Part shown: positions 36,864 through 47,175 of the stretch, one piece after another
Layout of the letters: the number at the start of each line of letters is the position of its first letter
Numbering within the stretch: the first letter of the stretch is position 1
From: a virus
DNA length: 64,000 nucleotides
Strand: one strand, 5' to 3'
IMG/VR virus record: IMGVR_UViG_3300017963_000266
Coordinates: 5,993-69,992 of that record
The notes under the pieces: generated by a model
What the model saw: only the letters and a program-made list of their open reading frames with translations
What the model was told of the DNA's origin: nothing
Databases searched by the model: none
Made by a program: the position numbers and the translations under genes

Positions 36864-38342
36864 TTAGAGCCAGACAGCGTAGTCTGAACTGGGGGTCCTG
36901 GCCGATACACCACCATTAACCCAGTGGGTATTGTCAGGATCATAATCCCTCAGGTGCTGTAACGGGCTGTACTTGACATGTTCAATCTTGCCAGCCAGCT
37001 GAGGAGTCCGCAGAACAACCCGCTGTTCTGACTTAAGACTAAACTTGTAACACCATTTAGTTTGCTCAACTGCCCAGCTGAAGATACCACGGTCAGTCCA
37101 AAAGTCCTCGCGTCCTTGCATCAGGGCAATGTCAGCCCCAGCTTCGCGGTAGTCCAGATATTCCATATAGGTTGCCGGGAAGTTTCCTGCTACCCGCATA
37201 GGAATAAAATAGATACTGCTGGCGTATTCCCCAGCGTTAAGATTACTGGAGTCATTGGTCGCGTTATGCTCATAGATGCAGGTATCGGTGACAACCGGAT
37301 AAGTACGCCCATTAACATCAATGGTCATGCCGCGCCGCATCCTGTCACGGTCACTGATATTTTCTCGCCCATCAGTCAGGACTCTGGCATCGCCGCCGAT
37401 GCTGGTGCAACGGTTCGTGTTATACTTGCATGGCCAGCAGGCAGTCAATTCATACCACAGCTGGGGACGCATGGCCCAGACCCATTGACCAGGTAGCATG
37501 CCGGTATCATCAGCCAGGGTGTAGATGAAATATTCCAGCATTGACATGTACTCAACAATGTCCTGGGTTGACCCACAAACGTCAGCATACTGGAAATCTT
37601 TCACATCACTATCCAGACTGGCACAGGCAGTGTTGGTGTCAGCATCAACCTGGCCTGTGGCAATCTGGTTGTCTAAGCCAGGAAATTCCTTGTACCCACC
37701 TCCAGGGTTGTTGTTGCTGGGGCTGCCAGTCCAGACATGGCTGCAAAGTTTCCTTTCCATCCGAACCGCCGCACTGACCATTTCAGACATAGTGATAAGG
37801 TTCAAGATTTGGGACTGATTCAGGCCTCTGGGGTACAGATCAGTCATTCCAAGAACCTCGCCCACCAGCCTCAGGTCAGTAAAGTCCCCACGGTTGACCC
37901 GTAACATAACCTTGTCCATTTCAATGGTACGAGTATCACGCGCCACGCGCCCAAACTGGGCCTGCAAATTACAGGCCTTGACAAAGCCGTCTGGGGCATC
38001 ATCACAAGGCTGCAATGGTTCTGCCCCCTGGTCATCACTGTAGCCAGTCAGGGCCCCATACCTGGGGTCTTCATTAACTGATCCCATCTTAGGTAGCATA
38101 GTAGCCAGGCCATGGGGTCTAACATGGGTTGTGATAATCTCACGTTCCAGACCTGGTGTGCTGAAAATGCCGGTACCACCATGCAAGAACGTGTTAGTTG
38201 CGGTACTGGCTGGGGCTTTGGTTGCCAGCCCCTGGTCTTTGGCAACCTGGCCTTGATAATGTTCCATCAAGGAAATCAGTTTTTCCTGGTTTGCCGCAAC
38301 CTGTTTGATAACGTCAATGTCTTGAAAATTGATTTCTGCCAT
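36864..38342 (-). CDS. Major capsid protein (putative)
   Basis: Follows protease/scaffold, strong AGGAG SD, terminator behind it; KEFPGLDNQI motif. Confidence 0.75.
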   Translation of the reverse strand: MAEINFQDIDVIKQVAANQEKLISLMEHYQGQVAKDQGLATKAPASTATNTFLHGGTGIFSTPGLEREIITTHVRPHGLATMLPKMGSVNEDPRYGALTGYSDDQGAEPLQPCDDAPDGFVKACNLQAQFGRVARDTRTIEMDKVMLRVNRGDFTDLRLVGEVLGMTDLYPRGLNQSQILNLITMSEMVSAAVRMERKLCSHVWTGSPSNNNPGGGYKEFPGLDNQIATGQVDADTNTACASLDSDVKDFQYADVCGSTQDIVEYMSMLEYFIYTLADDTGMLPGQWVWAMRPQLWYELTACWPCKYNTNRCTSIGGDARVLTDGRENISDRDRMRRGMTIDVNGRTYPVVTDTCIYEHNATNDSSNLNAGEYASSIYFIPMRVAGNFPATYMEYLDYREAGADIALMQGREDFWTDRGIFSWAVEQTKWCYKFSLKSEQRVVLRTPQLAGKIEHVKYSPLQHLRDYDPDNTHWVNGGVSARTPSSDYAVWL

Positions 38343-38389
38343 GATTCTTTGCTCCTAAAGAATAGTAAGATTGATAGTTGTCAGCAAAC

Positions 38390-40186
38390 CTATTGCTGTA
38401 AGAATTCCTTTTGAGCCTTTTCAATATCCTTGGCCCAGTTGCCGGTCACAATGGATGATACGATCCCATCAACCAGGGACTGTCCAGTAGCAATTACTTG
38501 ATCCGGTTCTGGCTGGGTTTCCCTGGGCCCATCCTTGGCCAAGGACTCGCGCTTATCCTGTCTAGCCTGGGAATGCCCCACTGCCCTTTGGTACAAGTCA
38601 GTTAAGGTTTCAGCCTCTTGCTGAGCCTGGTCAACCGAAAGGGCTTTGACCTGTTCCCCAATGGCTGCTACAGCCTGGGACAGGGTTGCAATCTGTTCCC
38701 CAATGATACTTACAACATCTTGCAATTCCTCGCGCCGGACTCCGGTATCTTCAACCAGGGGTTGCAATTCCTCAGCTGGTTGTTCTTGCTGTTCCTGGGC
38801 CCCGGGCTGCTCCTGCTGCTCCTGCTGCTCCTGGGCTTCAGATTGTTCTGGGTCATCTTTGGACTTAGAATCGAGTCCTTCCTTTTGGGCTGCATCAGCC
38901 TGGGCCTTGTTCGTCTCTTCAACAGCCCCCAGAATACCTGCTGGCAGTCCCCACTTGTCCTGCAATTCTTGTTTCTTGTCAATCATTTTTTCTTCCCTTT
39001 CCGTATCTTTAGATAGGACCAGGAATCCAGTCAAGTCATTGGCTGCCCAAGTTGCTGGCAATGGGCTGATTTCCCTGGTCACATGTTCGACAATGACTCT
39101 GGAATCATTGTCATCATATTTTATAGATGAAACAGGCATTCCATGAGAAACACCTACAGACTCTGGGGGCAAACTCATTAAGAATTTTGCCAAAGGTTCA
39201 AAGCCCTTGTCTACCGTACCCCCCGCTATTGGAAATCCGGTGTTGTTGCCGGTGTCATCATATGCTATCCATTCTGCTGACCCCCATTTCCAGTCTTTGT
39301 TGTGCCACAACCATAGTTCTGGCAAAGATGCCTGCCCACTATCAACCAAGCTGACAAATCTTTTGTGACTGTCTGCTGAAATAATTTCTTGTTCCTTGTC
39401 CAAAAAATTGTTGCTATATCTGGCAATCCACTTATAAGCCCCATCAGCCCCCTTGTAAATCATAAAAGGGCCCACCTGGGTCTTAGACTGCTGGGATTGC
39501 TCTTGCCCCAGGGCAGTCTTGACCTTGTCAACCAGGACATTGAACCAGTTCTGGTCAACATCCTTATTGGCCTTGGCCAGCATGCCCTTGGCTTTTGTGG
39601 TCAGCTTGCTTTTAGTTGCTTCGTCAATCCTGTTAGACTGGGGAATTCTGGCCAAGGCATTTCTAAGGTGAGGCAAGTCCACCTTTCCTGATGCATCTTT
39701 GACCGGAAACATTCTTAGAGTCCTGGGGGTTGTCTTGCCTTCGTTGTCCTTTTCCCCGCCAGGCAAGATATGTAAGAACGAAGAGTCAGGCAACCTGTTG
39801 ACAAAAGCTGTTGACCAGACTGCCTTTTCTGGGTCCTGGTCTATCAAGGCAAGACCAACTGCCTTGTCAATTTCAACTTGCAGGACTTCTTTGACCAGGG
39901 TCCCATATTCTGTCATTAGTTCATTAAGGGCCAATTCCTTATCACTAATGTCAAAGTCTGGCCTATTGGCAATCCTCTGAACCATCTCAGGCAAATGGTA
40001 ATTCAACTTGTCCAATTCCATAGCAGCATCCTTGGCTGCTTCTATCTTTTCCAGTTCAGCAAAGGATATAGGCCCATATGGGCTACCCATTTCCTCGCCA
40101 GGATAGTAATACTTTTCCTGCTGCTGATCACCCTGTTGCTGATCAACCTGTTCAAGATTCTGCTGGGTCTGATTCTTATCAGTCAT
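38390..40186 (-). CDS. Prohead protease/scaffold with DUF6582-like domain
   Basis: NRLPDSSF..FPV..HLRNALAR; DKEQEII..LWH..GVSHG..EISPL protease-like motifs; acidic/Gln-rich C-terminus. Confidence 0.7.
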   Translation of the reverse strand: MTDKNQTQQNLEQVDQQQGDQQQEKYYYPGEEMGSPYGPISFAELEKIEAAKDAAMELDKLNYHLPEMVQRIANRPDFDISDKELALNELMTEYGTLVKEVLQVEIDKAVGLALIDQDPEKAVWSTAFVNRLPDSSFLHILPGGEKDNEGKTTPRTLRMFPVKDASGKVDLPHLRNALARIPQSNRIDEATKSKLTTKAKGMLAKANKDVDQNWFNVLVDKVKTALGQEQSQQSKTQVGPFMIYKGADGAYKWIARYSNNFLDKEQEIISADSHKRFVSLVDSGQASLPELWLWHNKDWKWGSAEWIAYDDTGNNTGFPIAGGTVDKGFEPLAKFLMSLPPESVGVSHGMPVSSIKYDDNDSRVIVEHVTREISPLPATWAANDLTGFLVLSKDTEREEKMIDKKQELQDKWGLPAGILGAVEETNKAQADAAQKEGLDSKSKDDPEQSEAQEQQEQQEQPGAQEQQEQPAEELQPLVEDTGVRREELQDVVSIIGEQIATLSQAVAAIGEQVKALSVDQAQQEAETLTDLYQRAVGHSQARQDKRESLAKDGPRETQPEPDQVIATGQSLVDGIVSSIVTGNWAKDIEKAQKEFLQQ

Positions 40187-40212
40187 TATCCCTTTTCCTT
40201 ATTTGTAAGAAT

Positions 40213-40242
40213 ATTTTATCACTTTAGAAAGTTTGATGTCAA
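40213..40242 (-). promoter_or_regulatory. sigma70 promoter for protease-capsid operon
   Basis: TTGACA-N18-TAAAAT with extended TG. Confidence 0.7.
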
Positions 40243-40249
40243 CCAATGA

Positions 40250-40738
40250 TTAGAAAGCCCCCTTTCCAGCCCTTTGCATTGCCTTAAGCAACCTCCGCCG
40301 AAATGGTTTTTTGCGTCTTTCCTGAACAATCCCAGACCATTCCCTGGCCTTGATTCCTGGCCTAACAATCTTTTTGCTAACTGTTACAAGACGCCCCCTG
40401 CCTCTTCGACTCTTGACTTTCCTGGGAACAGTCTTTGATCTCCAATTAGGTGACATTAAAGCATGTCTAACCCTGGTACCCTCATTCAGCCAATTCCACT
40501 TTTTCACCCCCTGGGTAGGTCCCCCAGGCCCAGTTGCAACCGACGCGTCACTGGCACCTAAACCAATCTCAGATTGAAACTTTGGTTTGTCGCCTTTCCA
40601 AGTTTCAGTTGTCTTGTCCAGTTCATTTCGCTGGTCTTTTCCTTCGCGCCTCAATTCATTAAGCAATTCCAGCCGGATTGCATCAATCTTTAACCGTTTT
40701 GGTTTGATAGCTTTGAAAACAAAGACAACTTCTGCCAT
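40250..40738 (-). CDS. Basic neck/morphogenesis protein (HK97 gp10-like, putative)
   Basis: WLNEGT..RPGIKAR pattern; Lys/Arg-rich. Confidence 0.5.
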   Translation of the reverse strand: MAEVVFVFKAIKPKRLKIDAIRLELLNELRREGKDQRNELDKTTETWKGDKPKFQSEIGLGASDASVATGPGGPTQGVKKWNWLNEGTRVRHALMSPNWRSKTVPRKVKSRRGRGRLVTVSKKIVRPGIKAREWSGIVQERRKKPFRRRLLKAMQRAGKGAF

Positions 40739-40785
40739 ATTTTAAGGTTTACCCCCTTGTTTAATATTGAAAGTTATGATATGAT
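40739..40785 (+). promoter_or_regulatory. Promoter of the lone plus-strand gene with ATTTTAAGGTT box
   Basis: TTGTTT-N17-TATGAT (40757-40785) with extended TG; box at 40739-40749. Confidence 0.55.
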
Positions 40786-40831
40786 AATTAAAATTCAACT
40801 TTTAACTTTTAGTCTTGAAAGGACCTAAAAA

Positions 40832-41587
40832 ATGGTACCCAAAGAAATTGATCAGTTTGTAGTCGAACAGGAACATGGTAAGGACTCCACTGTCTGGGTG
40901 TATGAGTTATCAGCTAATACCTGGGCAGGCCCAAGAGACTGGTTGATATATGTTTCTGACCAATCCCTTAAATCTAATTCTGGTAGGGCCTGGGACGTTA
41001 ATAGGGCCATTGAAAAGCATGCCCAACCCCAGGGCTTTGAATCCACTAGTCCCCAATCCGTTAATGAAGACCTAAGCTGGGGTGATGGTGTTAGCTTTCC
41101 AGACATGGTACAATCTGCTGCTAAGGGCAACTATTGGAACCACATAGCAACCTTTGTTTATTCCCCTGATGCCCACAGCAGGATTACTGCCATACACATT
41201 AAAGATGACATTCAGAACCACCCTGATTATGTTGCAGCCTTTGAAAAAGCAGAACAGCAGGCCCAGGAAATAAAAGATACAACTGGTCGATTGATAGCAA
41301 CTATCAATAAAATGGTCCAGAAACTTGAAAAAGAAACTGACCAGGAATTGACAAGGCTGAACATTGAACTGCTTAAGGTACAAAAGCAACTGGTAGACAA
41401 GATCACTTTTCCAGACCACTTGAGTAAATATGACAGGGACCATCTGACCACCAGGCCTGTCAAAACAATTAAAACTGACGTTCTGGCTGATTTCCGATAT
41501 AAGATTATTCAGCAGCCCTTGGTCAGTCTTGACGACATTGAACAGGCCCTGGCTGCCGTGTATGAGGAATGGATCAATTCTGACTAA
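40832..41587 (+). CDS. Moron-like hypothetical protein (only convincing plus-strand gene)
   Basis: GAAAGGACC SD, own promoter and terminator, coiled-coil C-terminus. Confidence 0.8.
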   Translation: MVPKEIDQFVVEQEHGKDSTVWVYELSANTWAGPRDWLIYVSDQSLKSNSGRAWDVNRAIEKHAQPQGFESTSPQSVNEDLSWGDGVSFPDMVQSAAKGNYWNHIATFVYSPDAHSRITAIHIKDDIQNHPDYVAAFEKAEQQAQEIKDTTGRLIATINKMVQKLEKETDQELTRLNIELLKVQKQLVDKITFPDHLSKYDRDHLTTRPVKTIKTDVLADFRYKIIQQPLVSLDDIEQALAAVYEEWINSD

Positions 41588-41602
41588 CAATCCCTTGCTA
41601 AT

Positions 41603-41646
41603 TAGCCCCCAGGCTGCCCCTGCTGGCCTCTGGGGGCTTTTTTTTA
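41603..41646 (+). terminator. Intrinsic terminator
   Basis: AGCCCCCAG..CTGGGGGCT followed by a T-run. Confidence 0.85.
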
Positions 41647-41761
41647 TTACCTGGTATAGCAAGACCCTTTTTTCTGTAAATAGGCTACCAGGGTCTTGTG
41701 TTGCCTTATGTTGCTTAATCTGCCCATTGTGGGAAACCTACGGTTTCAAGTAGTATAAAGG

Positions 41762-42682
41762 TTATAAAGTTTCAAGGTACAAATCAAAGCCTGCTGATAC
41801 ATCCAAATCATTAGCTGACCCAGCCCCTTGCATCTTAAAGATTCCTGGTCCTGTAAATCGGTTATAGGGATTAAAGAAATGCTGGACAGGATTGCCACCA
41901 GTACTTTGTGTTCCTAAACTATGCTTGACTAAAAAGACTGTTGGATTAATCTGGGGGACAGGATTGAACAATAAGCGCATGTCAACAAAGGCTGTAGCTG
42001 CATTGGCCCTTAGCACACTAAAATAAAAACCGGTCAAATAGGCTGCTTGGGTTGATGGAATTCCATATATTGCCATTTGAGTTTGACCCTCGTTAGGCTG
42101 AATCTGGGCAGTAACAGTTGCATCAACAGCCGCAGTTGCAGTGATAGTGCCCACATTTACAGATGTGCTACTAGCCTGAGGATTGATCTTCATCCTGTGA
42201 ATAATGACAGCAGCATTGGCCATAGCAATTCCAGCATTCAAATTGCCGGTCACTGTTTCCGTTTGCTCTGCTGTGTTCCAGTCTGGCAAGTAAGAAATAG
42301 TGATAGAATTAGTCCCGGTCCCCCCAGTTGTGTCCTGGGCACTGGTTGAGGCAATGGTGTGGATTCTGGCTGCTGTAGGAGCCAGCCATATATCCTGGTC
42401 ATTAGTAGCATTGGCCCTATCCCAGATGTCAGTATCAATCCCAGAATCAACATTAGTGCTTCGACCAAACTTATTGACCTGAGTCCAATTGGGCACCAGG
42501 CCAGCCGGTATAGATATTTCAGGGCCCAGGGTAATCAGCTGCCCATCTTTAATAATCAGGTCTGTTCCGGTTGAGTCCCTTAAAACTGTATAGACAGTCC
42601 CCCCAACAATAAAGTTGCCATAGGGTTGCCCCTTAATAACCCCTTTGTCGTATGCATCATAAAAGATGTCTGGATGTGCCAT
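41762..42682 (-). CDS. Hypothetical beta-rich virion-associated protein
   Basis: NKFGRS..DIWD..GQTQMAIY; Thr/Ala-rich. Confidence 0.6.
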   Translation of the reverse strand: MAHPDIFYDAYDKGVIKGQPYGNFIVGGTVYTVLRDSTGTDLIIKDGQLITLGPEISIPAGLVPNWTQVNKFGRSTNVDSGIDTDIWDRANATNDQDIWLAPTAARIHTIASTSAQDTTGGTGTNSITISYLPDWNTAEQTETVTGNLNAGIAMANAAVIIHRMKINPQASSTSVNVGTITATAAVDATVTAQIQPNEGQTQMAIYGIPSTQAAYLTGFYFSVLRANAATAFVDMRLLFNPVPQINPTVFLVKHSLGTQSTGGNPVQHFFNPYNRFTGPGIFKMQGAGSANDLDVSAGFDLYLETL

Positions 42683-42957
42683 TACAAGGTCCCCGAGATA
42701 AGATAGACAGGAATTGCAGCCCCAGCCGTCTGACCACGCCCAGAAAGGGCAAGAACAGGAATGGGGTCCCCAGCTTGCAGGCCCCGTGTAGCAATGTAGG
42801 CATCATCTACCACGTAAACAGGCTGAATAGACCCCCCATCAATGGCCCTAGTGCCTACATCAGCTGCTGCAATGGCTGCCACAGGAATTGCAGCCCCAGC
42901 TTGTATTTTGTTTGGGCTGCTGACCACTACAACCGGATTGATGCTGCCTTGTATCAT
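42682..42957 (-). CDS. Small protein with internal G-x-x-[IQ]-P-V repeats
   Basis: GSINPV, GAAIPV, GSIQPV, GDPIPV, GAAIPV. Confidence 0.6.
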   Translation of the reverse strand: MIQGSINPVVVVSSPNKIQAGAAIPVAAIAAADVGTRAIDGGSIQPVYVVDDAYIATRGLQAGDPIPVLALSGRGQTAGAAIPVYLISGTL

Positions 42958-42987
42958 CTTAATGACTCCTTGCTTAATACGTTTTGA

Positions 42988-45303
42988 TTATGGCAGGCCT
43001 GGTAATGGGCCCTTTGACAATGGTTTATCTGTGGGCTGTAGCCGACAACCACACCTATACCCTTTGCATTCTAAGTAGCTGGCACCATTAACCTGAGGAT
43101 AGATTCCCTGCTGATCCCAATATGATGCCCTTTTAACCTTGCCAGCTAATTTAAGGCAAGACCCACAGTTGTCATTGGCTGGATCAATAACCCATTCCAG
43201 CTTTTGGTCAGCACAGGCCATACCCCTGCCCCTATCCCTGGCAACCTGATATTGACTTGCCCAGACCTGGGCCCTGTCTAAAAATGGGCCCAGCCTTCCC
43301 CCTTCTGCCTTGCTGCCAGACTCAATGTCATTGGCCAGCCCCAGGACATAGGATAGCTGTCCTGAAATCATACCTTGCAAGGCTGTAATTTCCTGTCCTG
43401 TCAATTCATCTGGCCTGATACCGCACTCTTTTGCACCCTCTTGCCAGGCCTGGGTCAGTCGCCTGGTCAGAACAGAATTCATATTATCAACAAATTGAAA
43501 TTTTGAAAGGTCACCTGCCCAGTAACCTCTGATAGCTGACCTGATACCAGCCAGCATGTCAGCCCTGGTTTTAATTAGGTCAAAAGGGGATAGGGACTTT
43601 TCACCCCCTTCTTCATCCTCTTCTTCTTGTTTAGGTTCGGGCTGTTGTGGTGGTTGCTGATCCTGGGTAACATTTTCTGATTCCTCAGGGGCAACAGTTG
43701 GTTCAATGTCAACCGATTCCCCAGGACTCTTAATCAAGTCCCTTAGCTTGTTTAGAGCAACAATTACCTGCCTGGCCTTTTTCTTTAACTTGCCATTGGC
43801 AGCATTGACCGCTACAGACTCCACTATTCTTAGTTGCTTATCAATCGCCGGTGCCCAGATCATTGGGTCATTAGTTTCAACATCTAAGGGGTCCCCTTGG
43901 GCATCAATAGCCAAGAGCCCTACAAATTGTTCATCCTTGGTATGGAACAGAGTCAGGATGTCCAGACCATCTGGCAGTCTACCAGAATCTAATTCTAATT
44001 CCTCAAATTGAGACTCTGTCAATTCCCCCTTTGTTAGCATATCCTCTCGGGCTGTCCTGATGGATATAACTTCAGAGTCTAGATTCTTTTGCCTTGCCTC
44101 TGCCCTGGCCTTGGCAATTTCAGCCGCCATTCTATCTTGTTCATCATCCTGAAAATCAAAGACCATCTTTAGGGGGGCAGGCAGAAACCTGGGTACATCG
44201 GAAAGGGCACCACCAGTCCCAGTTGCAGGGCCCCCCAGCATTTCAGCTATCATCTTCAGGGTTGCCCCAGGCCCACCAGACAGCCCTGCCACATGCTGGA
44301 ACATTGCGTCTGCCTTGGTTGCCCCGGTCATAGTTGCAGGCCATAACCATCTTGCTGGAACGTTGCCTGCCAGGGCAATAGTGAACATGCCCAGGGTGAC
44401 ATCATCCTCATAATTGAATCCGTCAGGCAAGCTGACCAGATCAATCAAGGAAATATCCCCATCTGGAATATTCCTATCACCTATGAATGGGACCTGGCTA
44501 TAACGTCTTATGCCTCTGCTGTCCATTGTGGCATTGGCCATAGCCATAGCTGATGCTACATCTTCAGGGTCAAGACCCCCCTGGGTGATGCCAATAGCCC
44601 TTTTTTGCCTACTGCCTAATTTTTCCTGTTTGTAGACTGCTACATCAACCATTGATTGGGCCACATTAAGACATCTTGACAGCCAGCAGAATCCCACCCC
44701 ATACATATCAGCCCTGCTGCTGGGTAATTGGGACCTATAGAGAACTCTGGTTCTGTGTAGCCGGTACATGCGCCCATCAGTATCTTCATACAGGACAGGA
44801 TATTCAACAGACCCTGTTCTGGTACATCTGTGACTGTCTAAATGAGCCAAGCCAACTGGCAGCCCCCTAATAGGTCCATCCTTGTTTCCCCCACCAATGA
44901 CTTCAACAAAGAGGCCATTATCACTTGAGTATAAGTCCATCAACAGCTTGGTCAGCAAGGTGCCCCAGCCCTGCCCGAACTCTGATTCAGATTCTAAATT
45001 TAGTTGGTATTCTTCTGCCAACCTTCTATGCCTGGCAATGCTAGGGTCCCTTGGTTCAACGCGATATGGGACAGATGTTAGCCTGCTGGTCAAGGTATAG
45101 AAAGCCCCAGCAATGTGGTCACTGGACTTATAGAATCTGTCCAGTTCTGAGTCCCTACGCTGGGACCACCAGGGGCTTATTAATTCCCCAGCCCTAGCTA
45201 AAATTGCTAGTAGGGGGCTTCTGCCCTGTTCTGGTTGGGTCGCCCTGACTTGAACTGAGTCACTAACTGCCTGGTCTATACTCTTAATAATTTCTGTAGT
45301 CAT
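42988..45303 (-). CDS. Portal protein fused to MuF-like head morphogenesis domain
   Basis: Directly after TerL; C-terminal LEW..CGSC..L.GKV..CxGYRCGC typical of MuF/gp7. Confidence 0.75.
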   Translation of the reverse strand: MTTEIIKSIDQAVSDSVQVRATQPEQGRSPLLAILARAGELISPWWSQRRDSELDRFYKSSDHIAGAFYTLTSRLTSVPYRVEPRDPSIARHRRLAEEYQLNLESESEFGQGWGTLLTKLLMDLYSSDNGLFVEVIGGGNKDGPIRGLPVGLAHLDSHRCTRTGSVEYPVLYEDTDGRMYRLHRTRVLYRSQLPSSRADMYGVGFCWLSRCLNVAQSMVDVAVYKQEKLGSRQKRAIGITQGGLDPEDVASAMAMANATMDSRGIRRYSQVPFIGDRNIPDGDISLIDLVSLPDGFNYEDDVTLGMFTIALAGNVPARWLWPATMTGATKADAMFQHVAGLSGGPGATLKMIAEMLGGPATGTGGALSDVPRFLPAPLKMVFDFQDDEQDRMAAEIAKARAEARQKNLDSEVISIRTAREDMLTKGELTESQFEELELDSGRLPDGLDILTLFHTKDEQFVGLLAIDAQGDPLDVETNDPMIWAPAIDKQLRIVESVAVNAANGKLKKKARQVIVALNKLRDLIKSPGESVDIEPTVAPEESENVTQDQQPPQQPEPKQEEEDEEGGEKSLSPFDLIKTRADMLAGIRSAIRGYWAGDLSKFQFVDNMNSVLTRRLTQAWQEGAKECGIRPDELTGQEITALQGMISGQLSYVLGLANDIESGSKAEGGRLGPFLDRAQVWASQYQVARDRGRGMACADQKLEWVIDPANDNCGSCLKLAGKVKRASYWDQQGIYPQVNGASYLECKGYRCGCRLQPTDKPLSKGPLPGLP

Positions 45304-45307
45304 TAGG

Positions 45308-46615
45308 TCACCAATCTATCATCACAACTTTGGCTTTGGGTATAGGTTTGTCAGCATACATAGCTGCATATCTGGCCATATCCATCCCATCATCTTCAAC
45401 CTTGACAGGCTGTTCCTTATCTTGTCGATTGGCCCAGACATAACCCCCAAATTCATCTTCTGTCTTATGGGGCTTCTTGGCATCAATCAAGGACTGGTCC
45501 TGGTAGATTAGGGAATCGCGTACAATAAACAGCCTGGGCTTTCCATCCCCAGCTGTCTGAAGTCTTTGCTGAACCGTATTGATACCTGGCAATACGTCAT
45601 TGATAGCTGGCACTGCTGGCAGCCCAGCCTGTTGGTAAGATTCAATATACGCTGGCTGATCAGGACCACAGGCAATAGCTTCCAGCCGGTACTTTTTGTG
45701 TAATTCCTGAGCCCTTTCAACCCACCAGTCAATGGTTTGGCCAGTCCGATATACCTGCCTAATTAGGTACATGCGCCCATCAGAATCAACCCCCCATATA
45801 CCTAACACCCCAGGGTGGGTATATCCCCAGTCCTGGCCAGCAATATACCTGGGGAATTCTTTAGGGCACTGATCAGCTGTTATCAAGTGAACAGCCGGAT
45901 TCCAATCCTCAAATATAACCCCTTCAGCCTGGGCAGGTTTACCTTCATATAGCCTAACCCGGCGCATGCCGGTCAGATTCTTGAGTCTGGAAATGGTTAC
46001 TTGGCCTTGCTGGGTCAGCTGTCCTGTTAATGGGTCATATAGGACAGGGTTGTCAGTATGGTGAGAATAAAACAATCTAATCGATTCCCTGGTATACATC
46101 CAATGGCCTGGATATGCTGGATTTGCATCCCCAATGGTCTGGCTGTAGGGCATATTACCAGCCCTGCCAGTAGTTCTGGTGGTCAATGTTTCCCAGTCAT
46201 CTAACATCAATTCTTCAGCCTGGTTCACATAGATAATGTCATGCTCTGCTGACAGAATCTTGCCTGACTTGTCTAAGCCTGCAATCCAGATTCTTGACCC
46301 AGTTGGATATTGAAACCATTCTGGCTTTTGTCCCCCATAGGGCTGAACAGGGTCTGAACTAATGACCTTGTTCTGAAAAGTTTGCAAGACAGTTGAATAA
46401 GTTGATGCCAAAGTCTTTCTGGCAATGACCAGGCTGCAACCAGGATATTTATAGGCACAAAGATGCAAAAAGTTAAGGGCTGATAGGGTCTTGCCTGTTT
46501 CAGCTGGGCCATGTAGAATTGCTTCAGCCCCCTTATACATAGCAAAATCTCTGGCCCCACCATAGAACGTAAAGTCAGCCGTGTTAGCTGGTCCATTAAT
46601 AATACTAAATGTCAT
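45308..46615 (-). CDS. terL: Terminase large subunit
   Basis: Walker A GPAETGKT, Walker B IYVNQAEE, DANP, nuclease DWGYTHP and DDGMDMARYA. Confidence 0.95.
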   Translation of the reverse strand: MTFSIINGPANTADFTFYGGARDFAMYKGAEAILHGPAETGKTLSALNFLHLCAYKYPGCSLVIARKTLASTYSTVLQTFQNKVISSDPVQPYGGQKPEWFQYPTGSRIWIAGLDKSGKILSAEHDIIYVNQAEELMLDDWETLTTRTTGRAGNMPYSQTIGDANPAYPGHWMYTRESIRLFYSHHTDNPVLYDPLTGQLTQQGQVTISRLKNLTGMRRVRLYEGKPAQAEGVIFEDWNPAVHLITADQCPKEFPRYIAGQDWGYTHPGVLGIWGVDSDGRMYLIRQVYRTGQTIDWWVERAQELHKKYRLEAIACGPDQPAYIESYQQAGLPAVPAINDVLPGINTVQQRLQTAGDGKPRLFIVRDSLIYQDQSLIDAKKPHKTEDEFGGYVWANRQDKEQPVKVEDDGMDMARYAAMYADKPIPKAKVVMIDW

Positions 46616-47114
46616 CTAGGTCCAGACCCCCAATGACCTTGACCTTATGTTCAACTTCCCCTGTATGCTCAACCCTATCAGTAAAAAGTGAATGTATCTT
46701 TCCAATGTGAACCAATGCTGATTGAGCATCATAAAATTCAACTTCCAGCTTACCATCTTTGTTGTGCTTGGTCTTTTTGATTAAATGTCCTTTTCCATCT
46801 TCCAGCAGCCTGCCCAAATCAACAGTCCCATCAGGGCTGATGTAATCGCTATACTGGGCCTGGGCCTGTTCTGCCAATCGAGCAATTACTTCATTGGCAG
46901 TCATTGCTTTTTCACTTAATCTGCGTTCAATTTCCTCTGCAATGTTACGCTTTGCAACTAATCCTGACGATCTGGCGCGCGCATTGTCATAATCCCCACC
47001 ATAAACATTAAGATATGCCTGGGCCTGATGCATATTGCATTTGAATAATTCATCAATGAATAGTCGATGTTTTTTGATGGGTACTCTTTCACTTAGCGGT
47101 TTTAATTCATCCAT
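46605..47114 (-). CDS. terS: Terminase small subunit
   Basis: FIDEL..QAYL N-terminal HTH; YDAQSAL..IGK..LFTDRVEHTGEV; overlaps terL. Confidence 0.88.
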   Translation of the reverse strand: MDELKPLSERVPIKKHRLFIDELFKCNMHQAQAYLNVYGGDYDNARARSSGLVAKRNIAEEIERRLSEKAMTANEVIARLAEQAQAQYSDYISPDGTVDLGRLLEDGKGHLIKKTKHNKDGKLEVEFYDAQSALVHIGKIHSLFTDRVEHTGEVEHKVKVIGGLDLDDI

Positions 47115-47127
47115 TTTCTTATCCTTA

Positions 47128-47175
47128 CAACCTTGGCAGCCCTATCCACCTTTGCAACCCTGGCAGCCCTATCCA
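47128..47175. repeat. Two 21-bp direct repeats at 27-bp spacing upstream of terS
   Basis: CAACC(T/C)TGGCAGCCCTATCCA twice. Confidence 0.8.
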
